A stretch of DNA of 44,127 nucleotides from contig CALRGC010000004.1 in NCBI GenBank assembly GCA_943357105.1, forward strand, positions 22,640 to 66,766. Reading direction: 5' to 3'. The DNA comes from Candidatus Magasanikiibacteriota bacterium. GTDB taxonomy: Bacteria; Patescibacteriota; Patescibacteriia; Magasanikbacterales; GWA2-37-8. The notes under the pieces are model-generated. The model saw nothing but the letters and a program-made list of their open reading frames with translations. It did no database searches and was not told where the DNA came from. The translations under genes were made by a program, and so were the position numbers. This document shows, in pieces, positions 1 to 8,515 of the stretch. Position 1 is the stretch's first letter. Each line of letters opens with the position of its first letter.

Positions 1-201
1 CATGATGGGCAAGCAATCAAAGCCGGCATGATCATTGTCAAACAGCGCGGTACCAAAATCCACGCTGGCAAAAATGTTTTGCGCGGCGGAGACGACACTT
101 TGTTTGCTCAGGTAGCCGGCAAAGTAAAATTCTCTATGAGAAAACGTCGTCGCTTTGACGGCGCGCTCAAAGCCACTCAATTTGTGAGTGTAAATGTCTA
201 A
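1..201 (+). CDS. rpmA: 50S ribosomal protein L27, C-terminal 66 codons (5' end lies outside the window)
   Basis: Frame +1 reads [66 protein letters not shown], which matches the conserved L27 core (G.II.RQRGTK.H.G.NVG.G.D.TLFA...G.V.F). It is absent from the ORF track because it has no in-window start. Stop TAA at 199-201. Confidence 0.9.
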   Translation, partial: HDGQAIKAGMIIVKQRGTKIHAGKNVLRGGDDTLFAQVAGKVKFSMRKRRRFDGALKATQFVSVNV

Positions 202-206
202 AAAAC

Positions 207-237
207 AAATCCCGATGTCAGTCGGGATTTTTTTATT
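207..237. terminator. Bidirectional intrinsic terminator between convergent rpmA and the 1172-aa gene
   Basis: Stem AAATCCCGA (207-215) pairs with TCGGGATTT (222-230), with loop TGTCAG. It is preceded by an A-run (201-205) and followed by a T-run (228-236), so each strand reads hairpin then U-tract. Confidence 0.75.
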
Positions 238-247
238 AAAAAAATAT

Positions 248-3200
248 TTAAGGTGATGTGCTAAAAAAAGGAAACCAATTAAACGGATCCCAATAGCTAT
301 CAACATTGAAAAAATTACCAATGCCCATATTAGTTAAATTTAATTGTGGCAATGGATTCACTGAACCGGCGGTAATGCCAGTAGTGAGGTTGTAGAAAAA
401 ACTATTATTAACCGATAACGAACCACTATTCACCTGAATACCTTTTACATTTTGAAAGAAGGTATTTTTTGTAGTATAACCAATTGAACTATTATTAAAA
501 TTAACATTGGAATTATTTACTTGGATTATTTCCACCGGCAGACGATTATCTATTAGCTGGCAATTTTCTAAAGTTATCTGTGAATTATTATTGGCGGAAA
601 TTACCCCATGATAGCTATCGCCGGGATAGTTATATCCACCCCCGGAAAAATTTACCGAATTGAGATTGCCTATTCCACCGTCAAAAACCAGATGACCCCA
701 ATATTGATTGATGCCCGTTGGTCCAATAAATTTTATCGGTTCATTATTTGTGCCACTGAGATTGAGCGTGCCTTTGATAAAAACATTGGAAAATTCCGGT
801 AGATGGAAAACTACTCCTTTATCTACCGTCAAACTGCCACTGCTTTCAATGGTTACATTTTCCAAATTTATCAAAATATTACTACCAATAAAAACCGATG
901 AGGTAATTGTGGCCGAAGCAATATCCACCGCTCCATTGGTGCTACTAGAAAAACTGACGCCACTTAACTGTGGCCAGATATCTTTCACATGTATAGCCCC
1001 ATTTGAATTGGAAAAATTATTTACCTCAATATTCTCCAGACTTAATTCTCCTCCATAATGATCTATGGCCGTGATGCCATTTTTAAAAACAGTATCGCTA
1101 ACAAATAAATTGGAATTAGTACCATAAACAGGAGTGTCGCCATCATCTAAGAAACTGGAATCGGAAATATTTAGTTTGGAATTATCGGCATATATTGCTC
1201 TAGAAAATTTAGGATCCCACATATTAGCATTGGGTGTTTTAAAATTAGCTCCGGCATATTTCATCTCCAAGCCAGTTAAACTACCAGCTGATCCTGGATA
1301 AAACATCAATCCTTGCCAAGATTTTGGGAATTGATTGTCCGAAGTAATAGACACATTTTTTCCTGCCGAACCATTAATATTGAGCGTGCCTTTAATATCA
1401 ATTTTGGAATCCGGATAATAAGCTTTGATCACTGTCGAATCTTTTATATTCAAAATTTTTCCAACAGGAATTTCATAGTAAGTTAAGATATAAGGAAAAT
1501 CGCTCTTATTAAGCGTGCGCTCAGTTTCAGTTTGAGTACCGCGCAGTACAATCGATCCAAAATTGGATTGTTTTGGCGAACCATTTAGTGGCAAGACATC
1601 ACCACCACCATCTACTTTTCCGGTCAAACGTGGGCCTTGATTGGATTGCCAATTAGTGGAGGTATTGCCGGATAAAGTTGAATCAATCTTTTCCATTGAT
1701 GAATAGGTGGCGTTTGATCCAGCAAACCACCCATTTGTAGAATTGACCTCATCTACCAAATTATTATTACTATCAAATAGTTGTAAATTTTCACCGCTAT
1801 CAGACAATGTACCGGTATAAATCAGATCACCGGAAATTTCATTAACGGTGCGATCATCGGGATTTTCAAACAAATAATAGCCGTGGGGCGGTATAATCGG
1901 ATTATTAATTTTATTTATAATAACTTCTTGCCCGGAAATTTTTAATTTCCACCATTTTTGCGTATCCGTAGCCGGGAATAAATTTATCTCTTTATCAGAA
2001 TTATTATAAAGCTCAATATACTCATCTTCTGGTGTCAACTGCGATGTGCCGGCCCAAGCGACTTCGTTAATAATCACATCGGGAGTTAAATAAGGCGACA
2101 ATTGACTAGTGGTGACCACAGAGACAGGGAGAGTGGAGGTGGAAATAGTGGTAGTCGGACTGGAGGTTGTGACATTTGAATCAAAAGTAGAAGTAGTTAT
2201 AACTGTTGAGGTAGTGGAGGTGCTGAAAATTTCCAAAAAAGTTGAAGTGTTTATAGTTGTTGATGCTGTAGAAACGCCTAGAATCTCTGAACCTGTCGAT
2301 GTACTTGAAATAGAAGTGGAAGCTGAGGCTAATTCTGGATTTGTTATTGAGGTTGTTGAGATTAAAATGATATTTTCAATTATGGAAGTCGGACTACTAA
2401 TAATAGACTGCAATGTAGTAGAGGTATTACTGCTGGTAGCTGATAAAAAATTGTTATTTGAAACCACCGGTTGAACTAAAAAGATTGAACCGCTACTACC
2501 TCCATTATTAGTGCGAGAAAAAACCGGAGTGCTTGACGAGGAACTGCGACTATTTTCTATTATAGTACTGCTTGTTGATATTGTTGGGACGGCGACTCTC
2601 ATCGCAGGAGACGAAAAGTCCCCGGATAAAGAAGAGGTGGCTACTGTAGACGAAGTTATTAAAATTTTTTTATTGATAGTATTACCGACAGATTCTATTT
2701 GATCAACGACCTTATTAGTGGCTTGATTTAAAAAACTACTATTGGTGTCGGCTTTGGTTGTATTATTATTGTAGATATTCTCCGCGACATTAATAAGTTT
2801 CGCGCTAATACTGTTCACCAGTCCGCTCAAATTACTTTTTAAAAGCGGTAATTTTACGGCTTGATTTTTCTGAGTTTCATCCAAGAATAATTTAATTGTC
2901 CCGGCGCTATAGGCTACCACTTTAGGTAAAAGATGCTGAGCGTAATCTGATAGAACAACGCTTTCATTTAGAATTTTATGATTACTTTTTTTCCAATCAG
3001 ATCCATCCATGGCATAAAGATCAATCAACTCTTTCCCTACTTTACTTTGGACGATAAACATCTTATCGTTATTGCTTTTTAATTCTAAAATATTATCGAC
3101 GCTGTTGATCTTATAATTTTTATCCTCAATGGTGTCGTCACTATAAAAATTATTATTGGAAAAATTGGCCGCTTCATCAAAAATATTTTCCAAATTAGGT

Positions 3201-3766
3201 TTATAAATTGGTTTAGGGTTTATATTTTTGCTCAAACTGTCCCAATTATTTTTAACATATTCTTCGTAAGAATCAGGTTTGGGCGCGTGTATATCAGCGC
3301 GCGTATGGGCCGGAACCAAAAGATCAGAAACCAGATGAATATTATGACCTAATTCTATAAAAGCCGACTGATAATCGCCGCGGCGATAATCATTCACCGC
3401 TCTTTGCCAAGTGTTGTCACCTTGAGAATAACTCTTCTGCTCAAGTGGATCTTTGGCCCAAACTTTCGAGCTTTCGTGTTGAGTAATAAACCAAAGACCA
3501 CGATTATAGACAGGATCATAAAAATGATTCAGCCATCTAGTGGGCGTATCCTCTTCTATTGCGCCTTGTTTAATCCAATTATATTGTTCAGCTGTTATTT
3601 TTTTGGTGTTATCTTTATTGTATGATTTTACGGCCAAACCAGCAATGCCAGGATGAGCGATGTACGTATCATAACAAAAAACCTGGTCCACAAAGAACAG
3701 GTTTAGAAAAATTCCTAAAATAAATAGAAAAACAAAAAATAAAATTTTGCCCCCTCCCTTTTCCAT
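248..3766 (-). CDS. Large secreted or membrane-anchored multidomain protein: zinc phospholipase C / P1-nuclease-like domain, Ser/Thr-rich linker, lamin-tail domain (LTD), C-terminal right-handed beta-helix repeats
   Basis: 1172-aa ORF with a hydrophobic N-terminus (ILFFVFLFILGIFLNLFF). NHFYDP (H81) plus H144-x3-D148-x5-H154 (IHLVSDLLVPAH) reproduce the zinc-ligand spacing I recall for Bacillus cereus PLC (SHFYDP; LHYLGDVNQPMH). Residues ~340-560 are almost pure S/T/I/N. VIINEVAWAGT..EDEYIELYN..YYLFE..LSDSGENLQLFD (from D563) is an LTD signature. Residues ~740-1150 are N/G/S-rich periodic repeats typical of pectate-lyase-like beta-helices. Confidence 0.75.
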   Translation of the reverse strand: MEKGGGKILFFVFLFILGIFLNLFFVDQVFCYDTYIAHPGIAGLAVKSYNKDNTKKITAEQYNWIKQGAIEEDTPTRWLNHFYDPVYNRGLWFITQHESSKVWAKDPLEQKSYSQGDNTWQRAVNDYRRGDYQSAFIELGHNIHLVSDLLVPAHTRADIHAPKPDSYEEYVKNNWDSLSKNINPKPIYKPNLENIFDEAANFSNNNFYSDDTIEDKNYKINSVDNILELKSNNDKMFIVQSKVGKELIDLYAMDGSDWKKSNHKILNESVVLSDYAQHLLPKVVAYSAGTIKLFLDETQKNQAVKLPLLKSNLSGLVNSISAKLINVAENIYNNNTTKADTNSSFLNQATNKVVDQIESVGNTINKKILITSSTVATSSLSGDFSSPAMRVAVPTISTSSTIIENSRSSSSSTPVFSRTNNGGSSGSIFLVQPVVSNNNFLSATSSNTSTTLQSIISSPTSIIENIILISTTSITNPELASASTSISSTSTGSEILGVSTASTTINTSTFLEIFSTSTTSTVITTSTFDSNVTTSSPTTTISTSTLPVSVVTTSQLSPYLTPDVIINEVAWAGTSQLTPEDEYIELYNNSDKEINLFPATDTQKWWKLKISGQEVIINKINNPIIPPHGYYLFENPDDRTVNEISGDLIYTGTLSDSGENLQLFDSNNNLVDEVNSTNGWFAGSNATYSSMEKIDSTLSGNTSTNWQSNQGPRLTGKVDGGGDVLPLNGSPKQSNFGSIVLRGTQTETERTLNKSDFPYILTYYEIPVGKILNIKDSTVIKAYYPDSKIDIKGTLNINGSAGKNVSITSDNQFPKSWQGLMFYPGSAGSLTGLEMKYAGANFKTPNANMWDPKFSRAIYADNSKLNISDSSFLDDGDTPVYGTNSNLFVSDTVFKNGITAIDHYGGELSLENIEVNNFSNSNGAIHVKDIWPQLSGVSFSSSTNGAVDIASATITSSVFIGSNILINLENVTIESSGSLTVDKGVVFHLPEFSNVFIKGTLNLSGTNNEPIKFIGPTGINQYWGHLVFDGGIGNLNSVNFSGGGYNYPGDSYHGVISANNNSQITLENCQLIDNRLPVEIIQVNNSNVNFNNSSIGYTTKNTFFQNVKGIQVNSGSLSVNNSFFYNLTTGITAGSVNPLPQLNLTNMGIGNFFNVDSYWDPFNWFPFFSTSP

Positions 3767-3778
3767 ATTAATTAATTT

Positions 3779-4279
3779 TTACAATGATTCAATATACCAA
3801 TAACCGTTACTTGTTTTAATGAATGTAATAAAATTAGTGATTTTCTCACCTTGGTATGTGCCGCTATAAAGATAGGTGGCGGTCATGTTGCCCATAATAT
3901 CTTTGTGAATTTCTTTTATATCACTAATCATTAAATTTAATTGTCCTTTATTTTTTAAGCCAACCAAAAAATCTTTCATTTTTACTCTATCTCCTTCTCG
4001 GAAACAACAAAAAACCGCTTCATCAAAATCTTCTTTTTTGAGAGCGGATAAAAATTTCTGATGAGTTTCTTCTGGAGATTGTACAGTAGTCGCAAAATTT
4101 TGCGCGTCGTGAGGATACAATTTATCTAAATCTGAGTGACTGTAATCGCTATATGGAAATACCGGACTAGCTGTGCCATTTAAAACTCTTTTTTGTTTTT
4201 GCAAGAACCAATCGTAAAAACCGAAAATTAACAAAATTCCTAAAATTAATATTCCCAAAGCCAGAAAAAACTTTTTCAT
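3779..4279 (-). CDS. Small membrane-anchored protein of unknown function, probably co-transcribed with the 1172-aa protein
   Basis: 166-aa ORF with an N-terminal TM segment (FFLALGILILGILLIFGFY). The soluble remainder has alpha+beta character. It ends 12 nt upstream of the next start. I recognise no family. Confidence 0.6.
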   Translation of the reverse strand: MKKFFLALGILILGILLIFGFYDWFLQKQKRVLNGTASPVFPYSDYSHSDLDKLYPHDAQNFATTVQSPEETHQKFLSALKKEDFDEAVFCCFREGDRVKMKDFLVGLKNKGQLNLMISDIKEIHKDIMGNMTATYLYSGTYQGEKITNFITFIKTSNGYWYIESL

Positions 4280-4446
4280 ACCCCCTTAATGAAAAAATTA
4301 AGTGGTCCTCCATCCCCCCGAAAAAATCGGGGGGATAAGGACGCGATGACAGGTGGCTAGCGTGCTAGCCGAAGCTAATAAAAAAATTCGGCATAGAGGT
4401 AAATCACAGCCGAAATCTTCTTATGTCCCCCTCCCCTATTCATTGC
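4280..4446 (-). promoter_or_regulatory. Highly structured 5' leader (four stem-loops, one with a U7 tract) upstream of the 166-aa gene
   Basis: Pairings, given in + strand coordinates:
- TTCGGC 4387-4392 with GCCGAA 4409-4414, flanked by A7 at 4380-4386 (U7 after the hairpin on the minus strand).
- GGCTAG 4355-4360 with CTAGCC 4365-4370.
- GTCCT 4305-4309 with AGGAC 4338-4342, enclosing CCCCCCG 4314-4320 with CGGGGGG 4328-4334.
- CTTAAT 4285-4290 with ATTAAG 4297-4302, abutting the SD-like GGGGG (4281-4285).
- An extra G-tract GGGGAGGGGG (rc of 4427-4436) could compete for the C6 tract. Confidence 0.45.
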
Positions 4447-4452
4447 AAATTT

Positions 4453-4480
4453 ATTATACCACATTTTTAGAGAGTCGTAA
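4453..4480 (-). promoter_or_regulatory. Candidate sigma70-type promoter with extended -10
   Basis: The minus strand reads TTACGA (4480-4475), a 16-nt spacer, then TGgTATAAT (-10 TATAAT is the rc of 4453-4458, TG at 4460-4461). It sits in the 225-nt gap after the stop of the 4505-5410 gene. Confidence 0.4.
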
Positions 4481-4504
4481 TGTTGACCCTGTGGATAACT
4501 TTTT

Positions 4505-5410
4505 TTAATCAATGCCCCATTCACTTTTTAGGGCATTGATACCTGCTTGCAAATTAATAGTTGGTTTCCATTTTAAAATATTTTTTGCCAAAGTGATATC
4601 AGCCCTCACGCGTTTCATCTCTCCTATACGAGCCGGGATATTTATACGTTCACCGCCAATATAATCGGCAATCTGATTGACACTAGTCTCGGTGCCGGAG
4701 CCGATATTTATCGCTTCTCCTTTTTTGATATCTGACTCCCAAGCCAAGATATTGGCTTGCGCCACATCATTGACATGGACATAATCTCGTGTCGCTTGAC
4801 CATCGCCTACTATAGACATCGGTTTACCGTCTTTACGCATCTGCAAAAATGCCGGAATAACCAACGGGTAAGATCCGCTACCAGTTTTTCTCGGACCAAA
4901 CACATTAAAGTACCTTAGACAAACTGTCTCTAAACCATAAAGTTCGGAAAATAATCGGCAGTACATTTCGCCCATCACTTTATGCAGGCCATAAGGACTT
5001 AGAGGTCTAAGCTCAAAACTTTCTTTCACCGGTAAAACTTCTTGATCTCCATACACCGCTCCCGACGAAGTAAAAATCACTTTTTTTACTTTTTGTTTAG
5101 AAGCCGCCACCAAAACATTCAGCGTGCCGTTTACATTGATATCATGAGTGAGAATCGGATCTTCCACCGAAATCTGAAGTCTGGGATCAGCCGCCAGATG
5201 AAACACCGCGTCAGCATCTTTAAAAACTTTAATTAATTTATTAAGGTCCCTAATATCGACTTTAATAAACTTAGCCCTTTTATTGACAAATTCTTTTTTT
5301 CCCAACAATAAATTATCCACTACCACCACTTCATGACCAAGATCTATTAATTTATCTACTACATGTGAGCCGATAAACCCGGCCCCACCGGTGACAATGA
5401 ATTTTGACAT
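4505..5410 (-). CDS. NAD-dependent nucleotide-sugar epimerase/dehydratase (extended SDR, GalE-like 4-epimerase type)
   Basis: [14 protein letters not shown] Rossmann motif, catalytic YGLHK (YxxxK), ~300 aa. Lies directly downstream of the ugd-like and UXS genes. Confidence 0.75.
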   Translation of the reverse strand: MSKFIVTGGAGFIGSHVVDKLIDLGHEVVVVDNLLLGKKEFVNKRAKFIKVDIRDLNKLIKVFKDADAVFHLAADPRLQISVEDPILTHDINVNGTLNVLVAASKQKVKKVIFTSSGAVYGDQEVLPVKESFELRPLSPYGLHKVMGEMYCRLFSELYGLETVCLRYFNVFGPRKTGSGSYPLVIPAFLQMRKDGKPMSIVGDGQATRDYVHVNDVAQANILAWESDIKKGEAINIGSGTETSVNQIADYIGGERINIPARIGEMKRVRADITLAKNILKWKPTINLQAGINALKSEWGID

Positions 5411-5413
5411 AAA

Positions 5414-6817
5414 TTATTTTCCTTTAATGAATGGAGAGCCTACTGATATTATATCATAGCCTAAATTCTGCAATTCATCAAACCGCGCCGCGAGCATACG
5501 ACGGCCGTCCATTATCAAATAAGGCGCTGGACAAATTAACTTAATCACTTCATCTAACGCTCTAAATTTAGGCCAATCGGTAAGAATCATACAAGCTTCT
5601 GTGCCCGACAAGGCTTCTTTCTCTGAATCAAAATAACTAATCACGTCATATCGTGAATCTTTCGCTGGATCAAATAAATGTTTAAACATTGGCATCGCGG
5701 CTGGATCATAAATTTTTATCTCCCCCACGCCTTCATCTACCAAATGGCGCACAATATCGATAGCGCCGGAATTACGAACATCGTTGGTATCCTGTTTAAA
5801 CGCCACACCCATAATCGCGACACTCTTTTTTGACCAATCAAAATTTGCTTCCTTTTTTGCTCGACTGAAAAAATTATCGCGCTGAAAATTATTGGATACC
5901 AGGGTCTGACGAACATAGCCCGCATTTACCCCAACTTCTTCCAACTGATGAGCTAGAGAAGCGGCATCTTTGATAAAACAGCTACCACCACAATAGACAC
6001 TATCATAAAAACCCCAGCTACCGATACGATCATCGCTGATTAATACTTTTCTTAAATTCTCAAAATTAATCTGTGGGAAAGATTCACACACACGGCCAAC
6101 GACATCAAAAGTAGTCGTGACTCTATTAAACAATAAATAATTAGCCAGTAATTTACCGGCAGCGGCTTCTTGTGGGTTAGTCTCTATATATTTAATGCTG
6201 GGAGAATTTAAAAACCTGGCATATACCTGACGCATTATCTTAAAATCTTCTTCCTTATTACCACCAACCACAACTCTATCGGGATGAACCGAGCCTTCAA
6301 TGGCTTTGCCCTCTACCAAAAATTCCGGATTGGAAACAACTCCAAAATTATTTACACCGTACTTTGTCATCACTCTATTGGTCTCCTCAATCATATTTAC
6401 TGGTACTGTACTCTTGTTAATAATTACCACATACTTGCTTTGAGTGTTGTTATTTCTTTTTACTAAATTTTGAGCTAATTTTTCAGCCGCTAAATAATAG
6501 TAAGTAAGATCGGATTCACCTTCAGCCCCTTCTTTTTCCGGGGTTGGCAGACACATAAAAATCGCATCCACTGTATCCAAATATTTTATTACCTGATCAT
6601 AGTCAGCAGTAAATAAAATATGATCTTTATTTTTAATCAACATCTCTGCCAGCCCTTCCTCAAGCAGACAAGATTCAATCATCTCAATATTATTGGAACC
6701 TAATTTTTTAACTTTTTCTTTATCCACATCATACAACAAAACATCATGGCCAGAATCGACCATTACGGCGGCTGAACATGTGCCTACATATCCTGATCCA
6801 ATATATAAAATTTTCAT
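5414..6817 (-). CDS. ugd: UDP-glucose/GDP-mannose dehydrogenase family enzyme with canonical catalytic Cys (UDP-glucose 6-dehydrogenase-like)
   Basis: MKILYIGSGYVGT N-terminus, NPEFLVEGKAIEG, GGSCFIKDAASL (catalytic Cys present). The track start at 6862 adds 15 residues and overlaps the upstream gene. The ATG at 6817 gives the normal N-terminus. Confidence 0.8.
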   Translation of the reverse strand: MKILYIGSGYVGTCSAAVMVDSGHDVLLYDVDKEKVKKLGSNNIEMIESCLLEEGLAEMLIKNKDHILFTADYDQVIKYLDTVDAIFMCLPTPEKEGAEGESDLTYYYLAAEKLAQNLVKRNNNTQSKYVVIINKSTVPVNMIEETNRVMTKYGVNNFGVVSNPEFLVEGKAIEGSVHPDRVVVGGNKEEDFKIMRQVYARFLNSPSIKYIETNPQEAAAGKLLANYLLFNRVTTTFDVVGRVCESFPQINFENLRKVLISDDRIGSWGFYDSVYCGGSCFIKDAASLAHQLEEVGVNAGYVRQTLVSNNFQRDNFFSRAKKEANFDWSKKSVAIMGVAFKQDTNDVRNSGAIDIVRHLVDEGVGEIKIYDPAAMPMFKHLFDPAKDSRYDVISYFDSEKEALSGTEACMILTDWPKFRALDEVIKLICPAPYLIMDGRRMLAARFDELQNLGYDIISVGSPFIKGK

Positions 6818-6836
6818 AATTGAAATAAATGAAAAA

Positions 6837-7775
6837 TTAAATCTTACTTTTAAAATACGCAATTGTCTTCACCAGACCTACCTGCAATTTTATTTTTGGC
6901 TCCCATTTTAAAACTTCCTTGGCCAAAGAAATGTCAGGACAACGACGGGTGGGATCATCAATTGGTAAATCTTTATAGACTAATTTACTTTTTGTGCCAG
7001 TTGACTCTATTACTTTTTGTGCCAGCTCATTCACGGTAAATTCATCCGGATTGCCCAAATTAATTGGACCCAGCACCTGATCCTCGCTAGCCATCATTTT
7101 TATAAACCCATCCACCAGGTCATCTATGTAACAAAAACTACGGGTTTGATTACCATCTCCATAAATAGTAATATCTTCTCCTTTCAAAGCTTGCAAAATA
7201 AAATTCGAAACTACTCGTCCATCATCCGGAGCCATATTGGGACCATAGGTATTAAAAATTCTCACAACTTTAATTTTTAAATTATGAGTCCTAAAATAAT
7301 CAAAGACCAAGGCTTCGGCACAACGTTTACCCTCATCATAACAAGCGCGCGGTCCAAACGGATTGACATTGCCGCGATAGGTTTCTTTTTGAGGATGCTC
7401 TAATGGATCGCCATAAACTTCCGAAGTGGAAGCTTGAAAAATCTTAGCGTTTTTGGCTCGAGCCAAACCTAATATGTTAATTACCCCAATGGTATTGGCT
7501 TTAATGGTGTGAATCGCGCTATTTTGATAATGCACCGGTGAGGCAGGACAAGCCAAATTATAAATTTCATCAATATTCTCATCAATAAATAAAGGGCTGA
7601 CAATGTCCTGCTCAATAAATTTAAAATTCTTATTTTCTAAAAAAGAGCTAATATTTTCTTTGGAGCTGGTAAGAAAATTATCGACACAAATAATACGATT
7701 ACCCTCTTCAAGCAAACGACCGCACAAATTGGAACCAATAAACCCAGCTCCTCCGGTAATTAAAATAGTCTTCAT
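6837..7775 (-). CDS. uxs: UDP-glucuronate decarboxylase (UDP-xylose synthase)
   Basis: [25 protein letters not shown] and [32 protein letters not shown] closely mirror the UXS1/ArnA-decarboxylase signature. Confidence 0.88.
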   Translation of the reverse strand: MKTILITGGAGFIGSNLCGRLLEEGNRIICVDNFLTSSKENISSFLENKNFKFIEQDIVSPLFIDENIDEIYNLACPASPVHYQNSAIHTIKANTIGVINILGLARAKNAKIFQASTSEVYGDPLEHPQKETYRGNVNPFGPRACYDEGKRCAEALVFDYFRTHNLKIKVVRIFNTYGPNMAPDDGRVVSNFILQALKGEDITIYGDGNQTRSFCYIDDLVDGFIKMMASEDQVLGPINLGNPDEFTVNELAQKVIESTGTKSKLVYKDLPIDDPTRRCPDISLAKEVLKWEPKIKLQVGLVKTIAYFKSKI

Positions 7776-8515
7776 ATAAAATATTGTTTAATTTTTGACA
7801 AAACTCTTCTGATGATAAAAAATGGCGGCACCGATAAGCCATTTTCCGACCAAGCTAATTTTAATTCTTTCCAACCAGCCAAACGTTGCTTAAAACTATT
7901 AGCACTAAAACCACCTTCACGCATACAAGCCAAGGTCTGGTCCAGATAATGAAGTTTAATATTTTTATTTAAAAAACGCAAGATCAGTTCATAATCGGCG
8001 GCAATTCTAAAATTTAGTTTAAACATCCCATATTTTTCATACAATTCCCTTCTGACAAAAAAAGCAGGGTGTGGAACTATCCAGCCTGATCTTAATATTT
8101 TATTATTATATTCTCCGGCGCGCCAATAACGAATACATTTTTTAGTATTATTTCTTTCTACATATTCTATGTTACCATAGCAAGCGTCAATTTTATTATT
8201 CTCAAAAACTTTAATTACGTTTTTTAATACCTCGTCGTTACAATAAAAATCATCAGAATTTAAAATCCCAACTATCTCTCCTGTGGCCATTTTAATCCCT
8301 TTATTCATTGCGTCATAAATCCCCTTATCCGACTCGGAAATAATCTTAGTAATTTTATCCTTATATTTATTAATAATATCCAAAGTTTCATCTTTGGAAC
8401 CACCATCAATAATGATATACTCTAAAGAATCACCTTTCTGAGCGAAAACGCTTTGGATGGTCTGATCTATTGTTTTAGCACTATTAAAACTTACAGTAAT
8501 AATGGAAATTTTCAT
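7772..8515 (-). CDS. GT2-family glycosyltransferase
   Basis: [50 protein letters not shown] is a typical GT-A/GT2 N-terminal fold with a DxD-like motif. ATGA overlap with the next gene. Confidence 0.8.
   Translation of the reverse strand: MKISIITVSFNSAKTIDQTIQSVFAQKGDSLEYIIIDGGSKDETLDIINKYKDKITKIISESDKGIYDAMNKGIKMATGEIVGILNSDDFYCNDEVLKNVIKVFENNKIDACYGNIEYVERNNTKKCIRYWRAGEYNNKILRSGWIVPHPAFFVRRELYEKYGMFKLNFRIAADYELILRFLNKNIKLHYLDQTLACMREGGFSANSFKQRLAGWKELKLAWSENGLSVPPFFIIRRVLSKIKQYFI

Noticed and set aside
2090-2780. Repetitive-looking DNA in the S/T-rich linker as a tandem repeat or CRISPR-like array.
   Set aside because: It is only imperfect low-complexity codon repetition (ACT/AGT/ACC/TCC runs) within an open reading frame. 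There are no regular direct repeats with unique spacers.
608-3625. Plus-strand ORFs inside the 1172-aa gene (608-802, 708-1058, 2109-2474, 2511-2702, 3404-3625), including the striking VEVV-repeat ORF at 2109-2474.
   Set aside because: They are antisense shadows of a long, well-supported minus-strand gene. The VEVV periodicity is simply the reverse-complement reading of the S/T-rich (TSTT) linker codons.
4280-4504. Possibility that the structured intergenic region is a known small RNA: SRP/4.5S RNA, tRNA, tmRNA, or a known riboswitch such as fluoride or c-di-GMP.
   Set aside because: I could not find the SRP helix-8 GNRA/AGCA motifs, a tRNA cloverleaf with a T-loop GTTCGAATC-like box, or the conserved cores of riboswitch classes I can recall. 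It is kept only as an unclassified structured leader or terminator.
6818-6862. N-terminal extensions given by the ORF track for several genes: 5414-6862, 18022-19347, 29045-29953, 38260-39702 and 40934-42010.
   Set aside because: Each extension overlaps the upstream gene by 23-89 nt and precedes an internal ATG that restores the canonical family N-terminus (for example MKILYIGSGYVGT, MILQDKVALITGG). The shorter starts were preferred.
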